Assembly: GCA_038214535.1 (NCBI GenBank)
Contig: JBBQRS010000012.1
Coordinates: 517-64,516, forward strand
Origin: Anaerolineae bacterium
Lineage (GTDB): Bacteria; Chloroflexota; Anaerolineae; CG2-30-64-16
DNA: 64,000 bases
Direction: 5' to 3'
Positions 42,348 through 50,862 of this stretch are shown in pieces. Within the stretch, counting starts at the first letter, position 1. Every line of letters starts with the position of its first letter. Made by a program: the position numbers and the translations under genes. A model generated the notes under the pieces. That model had not been told where the DNA came from and did no database searches. It was given only the letters and a program-made list of their open reading frames with translations.

Positions 42348-43574
42348 ATGCGCATTATCTACGTACTCCTATCGCCGACCTTCGGGATGCACCAATACAC
42401 CGCCGACCTCGCGAATCGTGCGGCGGCGGGCGCTTTCAGCTTTGGCGAGACGCCGGACGTACACGTGGTGACAACCACCGGGTTTCCCCGCGATGCGTAT
42501 GGGCCGCATATCCAGATGCACACGCCGCTGGCCTCCACCGGGACAGGCTTCTCACCCGAAGGGGCGGCGATCGGCGCATTGCGACGCACCATCCGCGCCG
42601 TCACACAACTCGCAACCGACCATCAGGTTCCCGAACTGACGATTGTACATATCACAGGCGTACATCTCTGGAACGTCGCGCTGGTACGCGTCCTAACCCG
42701 GCAAGGCGTTCCCACCGTCCACACACTGCATGATCTTCAGGCGCACAGCGGCGTCAAGTTTGGGTCACTGATCCCGCGCTGGAATGCGCTGGTCATGCAG
42801 GCCGGCGCGCATATCCTCGTCCACGGTCAACGTTATCGCGCACAATTGCTTGCCCAGGGCGTTCCAGCAGATCGCGTGACCTATGCGCCGCTGCTCCACG
42901 GATTCTGGAGATTCGGCGCGGGGCCAGATGAACATATGTCAACCCGTTTGTATGCTGCGGAACTTGACAGTGCCGTTCAAGGGTGCAAAGATGATACGCG
43001 TGGGCTAGTATTGTTCTTTGGACGGGTGGAGACGTACAAAGGTGTAGACACACTGCTTGATGCGTGGCATCAAGCGTGGTCGCAGTCAGGCAATGATGAC
43101 CTCGATGTTCGTCTGGTGGTCGCGGGCGCCTGGCCGCAAGGCGTCGAACCTCCCGCCGGCCTCCACAACGTCGAATTCCGAAATTACCGCATCACCGACG
43201 ATGAAGCCATTACGTTGTTTCGTTCGGCGATGCTATTGGTGCTGCCCTATGAAGATGCAACCCAGTCGGCGCTGATCGCCGCAAGCTATGCGTTTGGGGT
43301 GCCGGTCGTCGTGACGGATTCCGGCGCGCTGCCGGAGTATGTGATACCCGGGGAAACCGGCTGGGTCGTCCCGGTTCATGATGCTGTGCAATTGAGCGCC
43401 GTACTGCGACAGGCCATCGCAGGTCGTTCACATCTCGCTCGAATGGGCGACAATGGGCGGCGCTGGTACGAAGAACAACGCCGGGTTGAGACGGATACGC
43501 TGGCCCATATGTATCGCCACTTGATTCATCACGTGGCCGCTAACGTCAGGGGGGCCGAATATGACAACCGATAG
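42348..43574 (+). CDS. GT4 family glycosyltransferase
   Basis: GT-B fold C-terminal motif (PYEDATQSALIAASYAFGVPVVVTDSGALPE). Confidence 0.55.
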   Translation: MRIIYVLLSPTFGMHQYTADLANRAAAGAFSFGETPDVHVVTTTGFPRDAYGPHIQMHTPLASTGTGFSPEGAAIGALRRTIRAVTQLATDHQVPELTIVHITGVHLWNVALVRVLTRQGVPTVHTLHDLQAHSGVKFGSLIPRWNALVMQAGAHILVHGQRYRAQLLAQGVPADRVTYAPLLHGFWRFGAGPDEHMSTRLYAAELDSAVQGCKDDTRGLVLFFGRVETYKGVDTLLDAWHQAWSQSGNDDLDVRLVVAGAWPQGVEPPAGLHNVEFRNYRITDDEAITLFRSAMLLVLPYEDATQSALIAASYAFGVPVVVTDSGALPEYVIPGETGWVVPVHDAVQLSAVLRQAIAGRSHLARMGDNGRRWYEEQRRVETDTLAHMYRHLIHHVAANVRGAEYDNR

Positions 43575-45063
43575 GCTTTCCAGCGTCCAGTCGCCGTCCG
43601 CAGATATGGCGACGCGCCTGCGTGCGCTTCCGCCGCATCTTTCGTTGCCCAGTGTCGGCCTGCGGCGTTCCGAGCGTATCATCCTTTTGTGGGCGGTGGA
43701 TGTCCTCTTGCTGTTCACATCGCTCATCGTTGCCGTCAGGCTCCGGGAAAGCTGGCTCAATGAACCGGGTGCGGTGTTCGCCTACTGGCGCTGGTTCTTG
43801 ACGCTTACGGTCGTCTGGTGGATTTCAGCGCACTTGTTTGATATTTACGATCTGGCGCGCTCAGCCAGCGCTTCACACAGCATGGTCAACACCGGCGCGG
43901 CGGTCGCCTTGACGGTCCTCGTCTATCACTGGATTCCCGTCTATAGCCCGCCGCTGGCCTCACGTGGTCTGGTCTTCATCTTCGCTGCGCTTGCCATCGT
44001 GAGCGTGAGCCTCTGGCGCGGCGTCTATGCCCGGGCCATCAGGCAGCCCAACTTTCAGCGGCGCGCGATTGTGCTCGGCGCAGGCCTGGCCGGCAAGACA
44101 TTCGTTGAGGAACTGCGCGAACTCCCGGCTTACGGCAACCCATATTCCGGCACAGGCTACGAGATCGTCGGCTTCGTTGACGATGATCCGGCCAAACAAA
44201 ACAGCGCGCAGTTCGCCGGCGTTCAGGTGCTTGGCGACAGCACGGAGTTGGCGGCGTGGGCCGAAGCCACCGGTGCGGAAGATGTCGTCGTTGCGATCAC
44301 GCACCGCAACACGCTTTCACAAGCGGCCCTCAACGCGCTACTGGCCTGCCGCGAAAAAGGGATCACCATCACGACGATGCCCGCGCTTTATGAACAACTG
44401 CTCGGGCGTGTCCCCGTCGAACATGTCGGCGGCGATCTCGCCGCGGTGCTGCCCATGCAAAACGGCCCGACAGACCGCCTGTTTCATGGCGTGAAGCGAG
44501 TGACCGATATTTTCCTTTCCACCATTGGCCTCGGTTTGCTCGGCCTGTTACTGCCGTTTCTGGCGCTCGCCAACATGTTTGCCAATCCGGGGCCGTTATT
44601 CTACTCGCAAACGCGCGTCGGGCGCGGCGGGCGGCATTACACAGTCATCAAGCTGCGGTCTATGCTCCCCAACGCCGAAGCCAAGAGCGGCGCAGTCTGG
44701 TCAACCACCAACGACCCGCGGATTACGCCATTTGGCAAATTCCTGCGCAAGTCCCGGCTCGACGAGTTACCTCAGTTCTATAACGTCCTCAAGGGCGATA
44801 TGAGCGTCATCGGGCCGCGGCCTGAGCGTCCCGAATTCGTAGACGAACTGGCCGCCAAGATTCCGTTCTATCGCGCCCGTCACGCCGAAAAACCGGGCAT
44901 CACCGGCTGGGCGCAGGTTCGCTATAGCTATGGCAGCACCATCGAAGATTCACGCATCAAGCTGGAGTACGATCTCTATTACGTGCGTCACGCCGGGTTC
45001 TATCTCGACCTGTTGATTGCCATGAAAACCATCGGCGAAATGTTGCGCCTGAAGGGGCGTTAG
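43561..45063 (+). CDS. Polyprenyl glycosylphosphotransferase (WbaP/CpsE-like initiating sugar-phosphate transferase)
   Basis: N-terminal TM helices, a Rossmann-like middle region, and the C-terminal bacterial sugar transferase domain (PRITPFGKFLRKSRLDELPQ...GDMSVIGPRP). Confidence 0.8.
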   Translation: MTTDRLSSVQSPSADMATRLRALPPHLSLPSVGLRRSERIILLWAVDVLLLFTSLIVAVRLRESWLNEPGAVFAYWRWFLTLTVVWWISAHLFDIYDLARSASASHSMVNTGAAVALTVLVYHWIPVYSPPLASRGLVFIFAALAIVSVSLWRGVYARAIRQPNFQRRAIVLGAGLAGKTFVEELRELPAYGNPYSGTGYEIVGFVDDDPAKQNSAQFAGVQVLGDSTELAAWAEATGAEDVVVAITHRNTLSQAALNALLACREKGITITTMPALYEQLLGRVPVEHVGGDLAAVLPMQNGPTDRLFHGVKRVTDIFLSTIGLGLLGLLLPFLALANMFANPGPLFYSQTRVGRGGRHYTVIKLRSMLPNAEAKSGAVWSTTNDPRITPFGKFLRKSRLDELPQFYNVLKGDMSVIGPRPERPEFVDELAAKIPFYRARHAEKPGITGWAQVRYSYGSTIEDSRIKLEYDLYYVRHAGFYLDLLIAMKTIGEMLRLKGR

Positions 45064-46340
45064 TGGCTCGCATCCTGTTCCTGACACAGGTCCTGCCCTA
45101 TCCCCTGGACGCCGGACCCAAAGTGCGCGCATATCACATGATCCGCCACCTGGCGCAGCGTCATGAGATCATGCTGGTCAGTTTCGTGCGCAAGGACGAT
45201 CAGCGCGCATCCATCGAACATTTACGCGGCATCTGCGCCGATGTCCGCACCGTGCTGATGCAACGCTCCATGCCGCAAAACCTGCGCGCCGCGATCAAGA
45301 GCTTCGCCACCGGCATCCCGATTGTCGCCGCCCGTGATGAAACGGCAGCCATGACCCTGGCCATTCATGAGGCCGTAACCGCTTTTCAGCCCGATGTGGT
45401 TCATGCCGATCAACTCTCGATGGCCGGTTACGGTCAGTTGACGGCCCGGCGGACAGAGCAACGTCGCCCCGCAACCGTCCTTGACGAGCACAACGCCATT
45501 TATCTATTGACTCGCCGCATCGCCGCAGGGGAAACCAACCCACTCCGGCGCGCCATCGTCGAACGCGAGGCGCGCGCCTTCGTGCGCTACGAAGCCGACA
45601 TGTGCCGCGCCTACGATCACATCTTCACGGTCACCGCCGAAGACAAAGATCACCTGTTGGCCCTGGAACCCATCGAAGCGCGGGCCGCCGCTGCGAGCCG
45701 GTTCACCGTTGTGCCCATCTGTGTAGACCCCGACCGCACCGCCGTGGTGCAGCCACAGCACGCCACGCCGCCAACGATCCTGCACCTGGGCACGATGTTC
45801 TGGCCGCCCAATGTGGCCGGGGTGCTATGGTTTGCGCGCGAGGTCTTGCCGCTGATCCATCGCGTTCAGCCGGATGCGAAGTTTGTGATCGTCGGCAAAA
45901 ACCCGCCGGATGAGATCCTTGCGCTCGCCGCAGATCCTCGCATCGAGGTCACCGGCTATGTCGCGGATCCCATGCCTTATCTTACGGCAGCAGACGTCTT
46001 CATCGTCCCCCTGCACGCGGGCGGCGGGATGCGCGTCAAAATCCTCGATGCGTGGTTATGGGGCATGCCCATTGTGTCTACGGCCATCGGCGCGGAAGGC
46101 ATCGAAGTCCTGGATGGTGAGAACATCCTGCTTGCAGACCATCCGCCCGCCTTCGCTTCCGCGGTTCTCGCGCTCTTGCAGGATGAGGCCCTTAATCAAA
46201 AACTGCGCGTCCGGGGCCGCGCCTGGGTAGAAACCCACTACGCCTGGCAAACCGTCTATCAACGCGTCGACCAGGTTTACGACCGTCTGCTTTCGGGCAG
46301 CCGTTCGCCGCAGCAAAGCGCCGTCGCATTATCTGCTTAA
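45063..46340 (+). CDS. GT4 family glycosyltransferase
   Basis: GT-B fold (ILFLTQVLPYPLDAGPKVR N-terminus; C-terminal GGMRVKILDAWLWGMPIVSTAIGAEG). GTG start overlapping the upstream stop. Confidence 0.65.
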   Translation: MARILFLTQVLPYPLDAGPKVRAYHMIRHLAQRHEIMLVSFVRKDDQRASIEHLRGICADVRTVLMQRSMPQNLRAAIKSFATGIPIVAARDETAAMTLAIHEAVTAFQPDVVHADQLSMAGYGQLTARRTEQRRPATVLDEHNAIYLLTRRIAAGETNPLRRAIVEREARAFVRYEADMCRAYDHIFTVTAEDKDHLLALEPIEARAAAASRFTVVPICVDPDRTAVVQPQHATPPTILHLGTMFWPPNVAGVLWFAREVLPLIHRVQPDAKFVIVGKNPPDEILALAADPRIEVTGYVADPMPYLTAADVFIVPLHAGGGMRVKILDAWLWGMPIVSTAIGAEGIEVLDGENILLADHPPAFASAVLALLQDEALNQKLRVRGRAWVETHYAWQTVYQRVDQVYDRLLSGSRSPQQSAVALSA

Positions 46341-46360
46341 AACCGATTTCGCCAAAAGTC

Positions 46361-46439
46361 TATCCTCAAACTTCGTAGTATAGCCCCTCGTGGGCGTTCG
46401 CGACGGGCACAAGGCCCTACACTACGAAATTTGAGGATA
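46361..46439. repeat. Intergenic palindromic repeat element, copy 2 of 3 (19-bp terminal inverted repeat around the conserved core)
   Basis: TATCCTCAAACTTCGTAGT ... ACTACGAAATTTGAGGATA, inverted with one mismatch. The core GTAGTATAGCCCCTCGTGGGCG matches 20/22 with the other copies. It lies between the last GT gene and the next gene. Confidence 0.6.
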
Positions 46440-46470
46440 GATTCCAAGTTTACACTGCCAGGCTAAAAAC

Positions 46471-48786
46471 ATGACCCAAAACAACTTCACTGTCTGTCCA
46501 TATCTCGGCATGTCGGGAGAGCGCACCGTCGTGCGCACCGAACCCGATCTGATGCACCGTTGTTTCGCGCAAAGTCCTGCCGGCCAGCCCGATCTCGACC
46601 ATCAGGCTCGTTACTGCCTGAGCGCCAATTATCCGGCCTGCTCGATCTACAAACAATACGTCGAGCCGGAAACCGAAGAGCTTGAAGAAGACGAAGAAGA
46701 GACGCGCCAGGGAATGAGCTCCGCCGCGCGTCTGGCCCTCTTGTTGATTCCCATCGCATTGTTGCTCACCCTGGCCTTACTCTACTTCCGAGACCTGGCA
46801 TCCGCCCCCACGCCGGTTGCGATCGAAGTCGCTCAACCGACCCAGGCGTCTCCAATCCCGACGCAACCACCCGTTGCGACCACCGATTCTTCTCAGCCGC
46901 AACCGATTGCCGCAGTGACGCTGGTTCGCCCCGAAACGGTCACGCCGGCGCCAGGTGGTCAGGTCTTCTCGGCCACGCCGTTACAGGGTGAAGTCGGCTG
47001 GTGGACCAGCAGTGAGGCGGATAGCAACCACGTCTCCGATTCTTATCTCTATGCCGGATACTACGAAGGAAATTCATTCCTGTCGGCCGTGCGGTTCGAC
47101 CTCAAAGGCGCCCCACGCGGCGCGCCGATCAGCGACGGAACCATCCAACTGACGGGCTTACTGGACGACCGCTTCAACCCGGGCTCAGGCGGAACGTGGT
47201 CCGTTCAACTGATCCCCGGCAAAGCCTTGCCGCCGTTGCAACAGGTCAACTTCCAGACATTGCTCAACACCCCGGCGCAAATGACCCTTTTCCCTGAGCT
47301 TTATCCTGCCGACCTGGGCGTCGGTCAAGTCAACATCGTGAACCTCGACGCATCGGCGCGTTCTTGGCTCCAGGAGCAAATCCTGCTCGGCGAAACCGAA
47401 ATCATCGCTCGCATCACCGGGCCAGGCGGCGGTGATTCGCTCTTCGCCTGGGATAGCGGAGACGGCCCCGCGACGGCCGGTGAAGCGCCGCGGCTCATTC
47501 TCAGCCTCGACGCTCCGCCGCCGACCGCGCCGCCCCTGCCGACCGATGTCTTCCTGGTCGCCACGCTGACGCCTACGCCTGAAAACGTGCTTACCGCGGC
47601 CGCAGAGATTGCCCTGAGCACCCAGCAAGCGCTCGACGGCGCATCGGGGTCACAGATCATCCCCGTTTACACGCCGACGCTCGTGCCTGAAAATCTGGCA
47701 ACCGTGCAAGCCGGTCGGTTGCTCGCGGGGCTACCGCTTTACGTGGTCTACACACCCGTCCCCGCGAATGGGGCGACCGCGACGGCCAACGCATTGGAGG
47801 CGACGGCTATCGCCGTAACCACGGGCACATTCACGCCGGTGCCGCCCGATGCAGTGACCCCAATCATCGTGCTGCCCACGCCCATGCCGGAAAACGTTGC
47901 GACGGCGGCGGCGCAGAAAGCCATCACCACCGCGCAGGCCGCCTCAGTCGGCACGGTCACCCCCTTGCCGCCGAATATCGTCATGGCAACACGCACGCCG
48001 ACCGCGATCGTCGTCACTCGCACACTGACCCCGGAAAATCAACAAACGGCGGCGATCAATTCGCTCATCATGACGGCTGTCGCAGCGACAACCGGCACCT
48101 TCACGCCCTTCCCGCCCAACGTGGTGACGGCCACGCCCAGCCCGTTGCCGACCGCCACGCCAAAGGCACCCTTCCTGATCTATCTCGATCAGATTACACC
48201 CGATCCGACGGCAACCGGCGACGGCAGGATGCCTCAAGAACTGCGCGGCAAGGTTCTGTTCAAGAGCGACCGCGAAGATGGAACTCGCATCATGGCCGTG
48301 GACCCCGCGACCGGACGGCAGGCCAACCTCGCCAGCCCCTGGCCGTACAGCGAAGCCGAACATATCCAGTTGACTTCGCCTGATGGCCGTTTCGTCCTCA
48401 CCGTGGAATATGACGATATCGGGCGCACCCAGATTATCTCCACGGACGTCTCGACCGGCGCACGTCAAAAGATCACGAACAACCGCCTGGGCGCGTATGA
48501 GCCTGCATGGTCGCCCACTGCCAACAGGATCGCTTTCGGCTCGTGGGATTCGGGCAACGAAGACATCTACACCATGGATCCCGATGGTTCCAACGTGATT
48601 CAAATTACCACGAATGGCAGCCAGGATCGCTATCCTTCGTGGTCGCCCAACGGCTCACAGATCGTCTATTGGTCCTCGCGTGACACGGGCCGCAGACAAC
48701 TGTGGGTGATGAACGCCGACGGCAGCAATCCGCGGCGGATGCTGACCTCCAACTATAATGACTATAATCCCATCTGGGTAAGATGA
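46471..48786 (+). CDS. Membrane-anchored protein: N-terminal Cys-rich (zinc-finger-like) cytoplasmic domain, single TM, Pro/Thr/Ala-rich tandem repeats, C-terminal TolB-like (PD40) beta-propeller
   Basis: N-terminal CPY..HRC..YC..AC pattern. TM segment ARLALLLIPIALLLTLALLYF. About 45-aa PEN-x-TAAA...TGTFTP-PPN repeats. C-terminal repeats of SP(D/N)G..(I/V).(F/Y) typical of PD40/TolB blades. Confidence 0.5.
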   Translation: MTQNNFTVCPYLGMSGERTVVRTEPDLMHRCFAQSPAGQPDLDHQARYCLSANYPACSIYKQYVEPETEELEEDEEETRQGMSSAARLALLLIPIALLLTLALLYFRDLASAPTPVAIEVAQPTQASPIPTQPPVATTDSSQPQPIAAVTLVRPETVTPAPGGQVFSATPLQGEVGWWTSSEADSNHVSDSYLYAGYYEGNSFLSAVRFDLKGAPRGAPISDGTIQLTGLLDDRFNPGSGGTWSVQLIPGKALPPLQQVNFQTLLNTPAQMTLFPELYPADLGVGQVNIVNLDASARSWLQEQILLGETEIIARITGPGGGDSLFAWDSGDGPATAGEAPRLILSLDAPPPTAPPLPTDVFLVATLTPTPENVLTAAAEIALSTQQALDGASGSQIIPVYTPTLVPENLATVQAGRLLAGLPLYVVYTPVPANGATATANALEATAIAVTTGTFTPVPPDAVTPIIVLPTPMPENVATAAAQKAITTAQAASVGTVTPLPPNIVMATRTPTAIVVTRTLTPENQQTAAINSLIMTAVAATTGTFTPFPPNVVTATPSPLPTATPKAPFLIYLDQITPDPTATGDGRMPQELRGKVLFKSDREDGTRIMAVDPATGRQANLASPWPYSEAEHIQLTSPDGRFVLTVEYDDIGRTQIISTDVSTGARQKITNNRLGAYEPAWSPTANRIAFGSWDSGNEDIYTMDPDGSNVIQITTNGSQDRYPSWSPNGSQIVYWSSRDTGRRQLWVMNADGSNPRRMLTSNYNDYNPIWVR

Positions 48787-48918
48787 AACCGGAAATCGAA
48801 AAGAGGTCTCGCCCACTTGTGAGCACGCCTCGCGCGTGTTATAGTCCACTCGTTGTGGGCTTCTTGAAACGCGACGTCAAAAGATGCGCGTCTTCCCACG
48901 GCCTCAGGAGATCGTTGC

Positions 48919-50571
48919 GTGGAACTTAAAGACTACATTCGACCGATTCGTAAATGGTGGTGGTTGATTGCCGCATCGGTGCTCATCGCGACGCTGGCCG
49001 CTTATGTCGCGACGCGCCGGCAGCCGCCGATTTACAGCACGCGCACCACCGTCATGGTCGGCAATGCGATTGACAACCCGAACCCCAGTGGGTACGAGTT
49101 TTATCTCACCCAGCAATTAGCCAATACCTACGCCGACATTGCCGGTCGCGACAACGTCCGCGACGCGATCCAGATCGCGCTCGATTTGCCTTACGTGCCG
49201 CCCTACTCGGCGCGTGTCGTGCCCAACACCCAGTTGGTCGAAATAGTCGTCACTGACACGGACCCGCGCCGCGCGCAAAGCGTCGCCGAAGAAGTCGTTC
49301 ACCAACTCAGCCAGCTCAGCCCCACCGGTCAGGGCGGCCAGAGCCAGGCGCGCCAGGAATTCATCCAGAATCAGCTCAACGAGCTGGAAACCAACATTCG
49401 CAACACCCAGGCTGAATTAACCAAGCGCCAGGATGAATTGGCGACGCTTTTCAGCGCCCGCCAAATCGCCGATGCTCAGGCCACCATCGCCGGCCTCCAG
49501 AACAAGCTCGCCACGCTTCAGACCAATTACTCCGGCCTGCTCGCCAACACCCAGGCGGGCGCGCTCAACGCCATTAACATCATCGAAAAAGCTGCCCTGC
49601 CAACGAACCCGGTCGGGCCCAACAAGATGATGACCATCCTGATGGCCGCGGCGATTGGGCTCGCGCTGGCGACGGCCGCGAGCTATCTCCTCGAATACAT
49701 GGACGACTCCCTGAAAAACCCCGAGGATGTCAAGAAGGCCCTTGGGGTGACGACGCTTGGCGCCGTGCCGCGCATTGATGGCACAGCTCCCGGCAACGAA
49801 CTCGCGATCCTTACCAACAGTCAATCCACGGCCGCCGAAGCCTATCGCGTGCTGCGCACCAATCTGCAATTCGCAGCCGTTGACCGACCGCTAGATACTC
49901 TGTTGGTCACCAGCCCGGCCCCCAGTGAGGGCAAATCCATGACCATCGCCAATCTGGCGGCGGCGCTGGCCCAGGCCGGCCAGAAGGTCATCATCGTGGA
50001 CACCGACCTCCACCGCCCGCGCCTGCACAAAGTCTTTGGCCTGCGCAACAACCTCGGCGTCACCACGGCGCTCCTGCAAGAGCATCCCAATATTGACGGC
50101 TTGCTCCAGGAGACCACCCTGCCGAATCTGCGCGTGCTGACCGCCGGCCCATTGCCGCCCAACCCGGCCGAGTTGCTCGGTTCGCAACGCATGGCCGAAC
50201 TTATGGCAACCCTCAAGAACGAGTCGGACATCGTGCTCTTCGATAGCCCGCCCGTAACGGCCCTATCGGATACGGCGATCCTCTCCACGCAGATGGACGG
50301 TGTGCTGCTAGTCATAGACGCCGGCAAGACGCGTCGCGACATCGCGAAGCGCGCCATCGAAGCGCTAAACCGCGTCAATGCCCACGTGATCGGCGTGCTG
50401 CTCAATCGCATGCCCATGCAAGGCGGCGGCGGTTACTACTACTACTACCAGTATGGCGACTATTACGGGTCAAACGACGGCTCCGCCAGCCAGGGTAAGA
50501 AGGGCAAGCGGCCGCGCGCTCGAGCGCGCGGTGCCGAGTCGCCGCAAACGATCACCGAAACGCCGCAATAA
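48919..50571 (+). CDS. Polysaccharide co-polymerase / tyrosine autokinase (Wzc/EpsB-like: Wzz domain + BY-kinase)
   Basis: N-terminal Wzz TM domain, a coiled-coil region, Walker A SEGKS, A' VDTDLHRP, Walker B VLFDSPP, and a C-terminal Tyr cluster GGGGYYYYYQYGDYYG. GTG start. Confidence 0.75.
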   Translation: MELKDYIRPIRKWWWLIAASVLIATLAAYVATRRQPPIYSTRTTVMVGNAIDNPNPSGYEFYLTQQLANTYADIAGRDNVRDAIQIALDLPYVPPYSARVVPNTQLVEIVVTDTDPRRAQSVAEEVVHQLSQLSPTGQGGQSQARQEFIQNQLNELETNIRNTQAELTKRQDELATLFSARQIADAQATIAGLQNKLATLQTNYSGLLANTQAGALNAINIIEKAALPTNPVGPNKMMTILMAAAIGLALATAASYLLEYMDDSLKNPEDVKKALGVTTLGAVPRIDGTAPGNELAILTNSQSTAAEAYRVLRTNLQFAAVDRPLDTLLVTSPAPSEGKSMTIANLAAALAQAGQKVIIVDTDLHRPRLHKVFGLRNNLGVTTALLQEHPNIDGLLQETTLPNLRVLTAGPLPPNPAELLGSQRMAELMATLKNESDIVLFDSPPVTALSDTAILSTQMDGVLLVIDAGKTRRDIAKRAIEALNRVNAHVIGVLLNRMPMQGGGGYYYYYQYGDYYGSNDGSASQGKKGKRPRARARGAESPQTITETPQ

Positions 50572-50642
50572 CCTGAACATTCGCACGCGGGTTCCAACCG
50601 CAATAGACCGCAATTTAGATTGAAATTTCACACTGGAAAGTC

Positions 50643-50671
50643 TTGACATCTGCTCGAAAAGCTGCTACAGT
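50643..50671 (+). promoter_or_regulatory. Candidate sigma70-type promoter (TTGACA-17 bp-TACAGT) in an AT-rich 290-bp intergenic region
   Basis: Consensus -35 with a plausible -10 at 17-bp spacing, about 190 bp upstream of the vWA gene, which has a GGAGG RBS. Confidence 0.3.
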
Positions 50672-50862
50672 TATGATCGGTTTCAGTTGTATTTTCATTC
50701 GACATCGGCAGCGCCGCCCTCATAGTTCTCCCATTCCAGATCTCATTCTTTCGTTAAGGCGCCCTGCTTACAGCGCATACCTCACCCGGTTCCGGTTAGA
50801 GTTGATCATGGGCGCGTATTACAGATGATGCGACTGCTTCGACATTCACGAGGAGGGACAAG

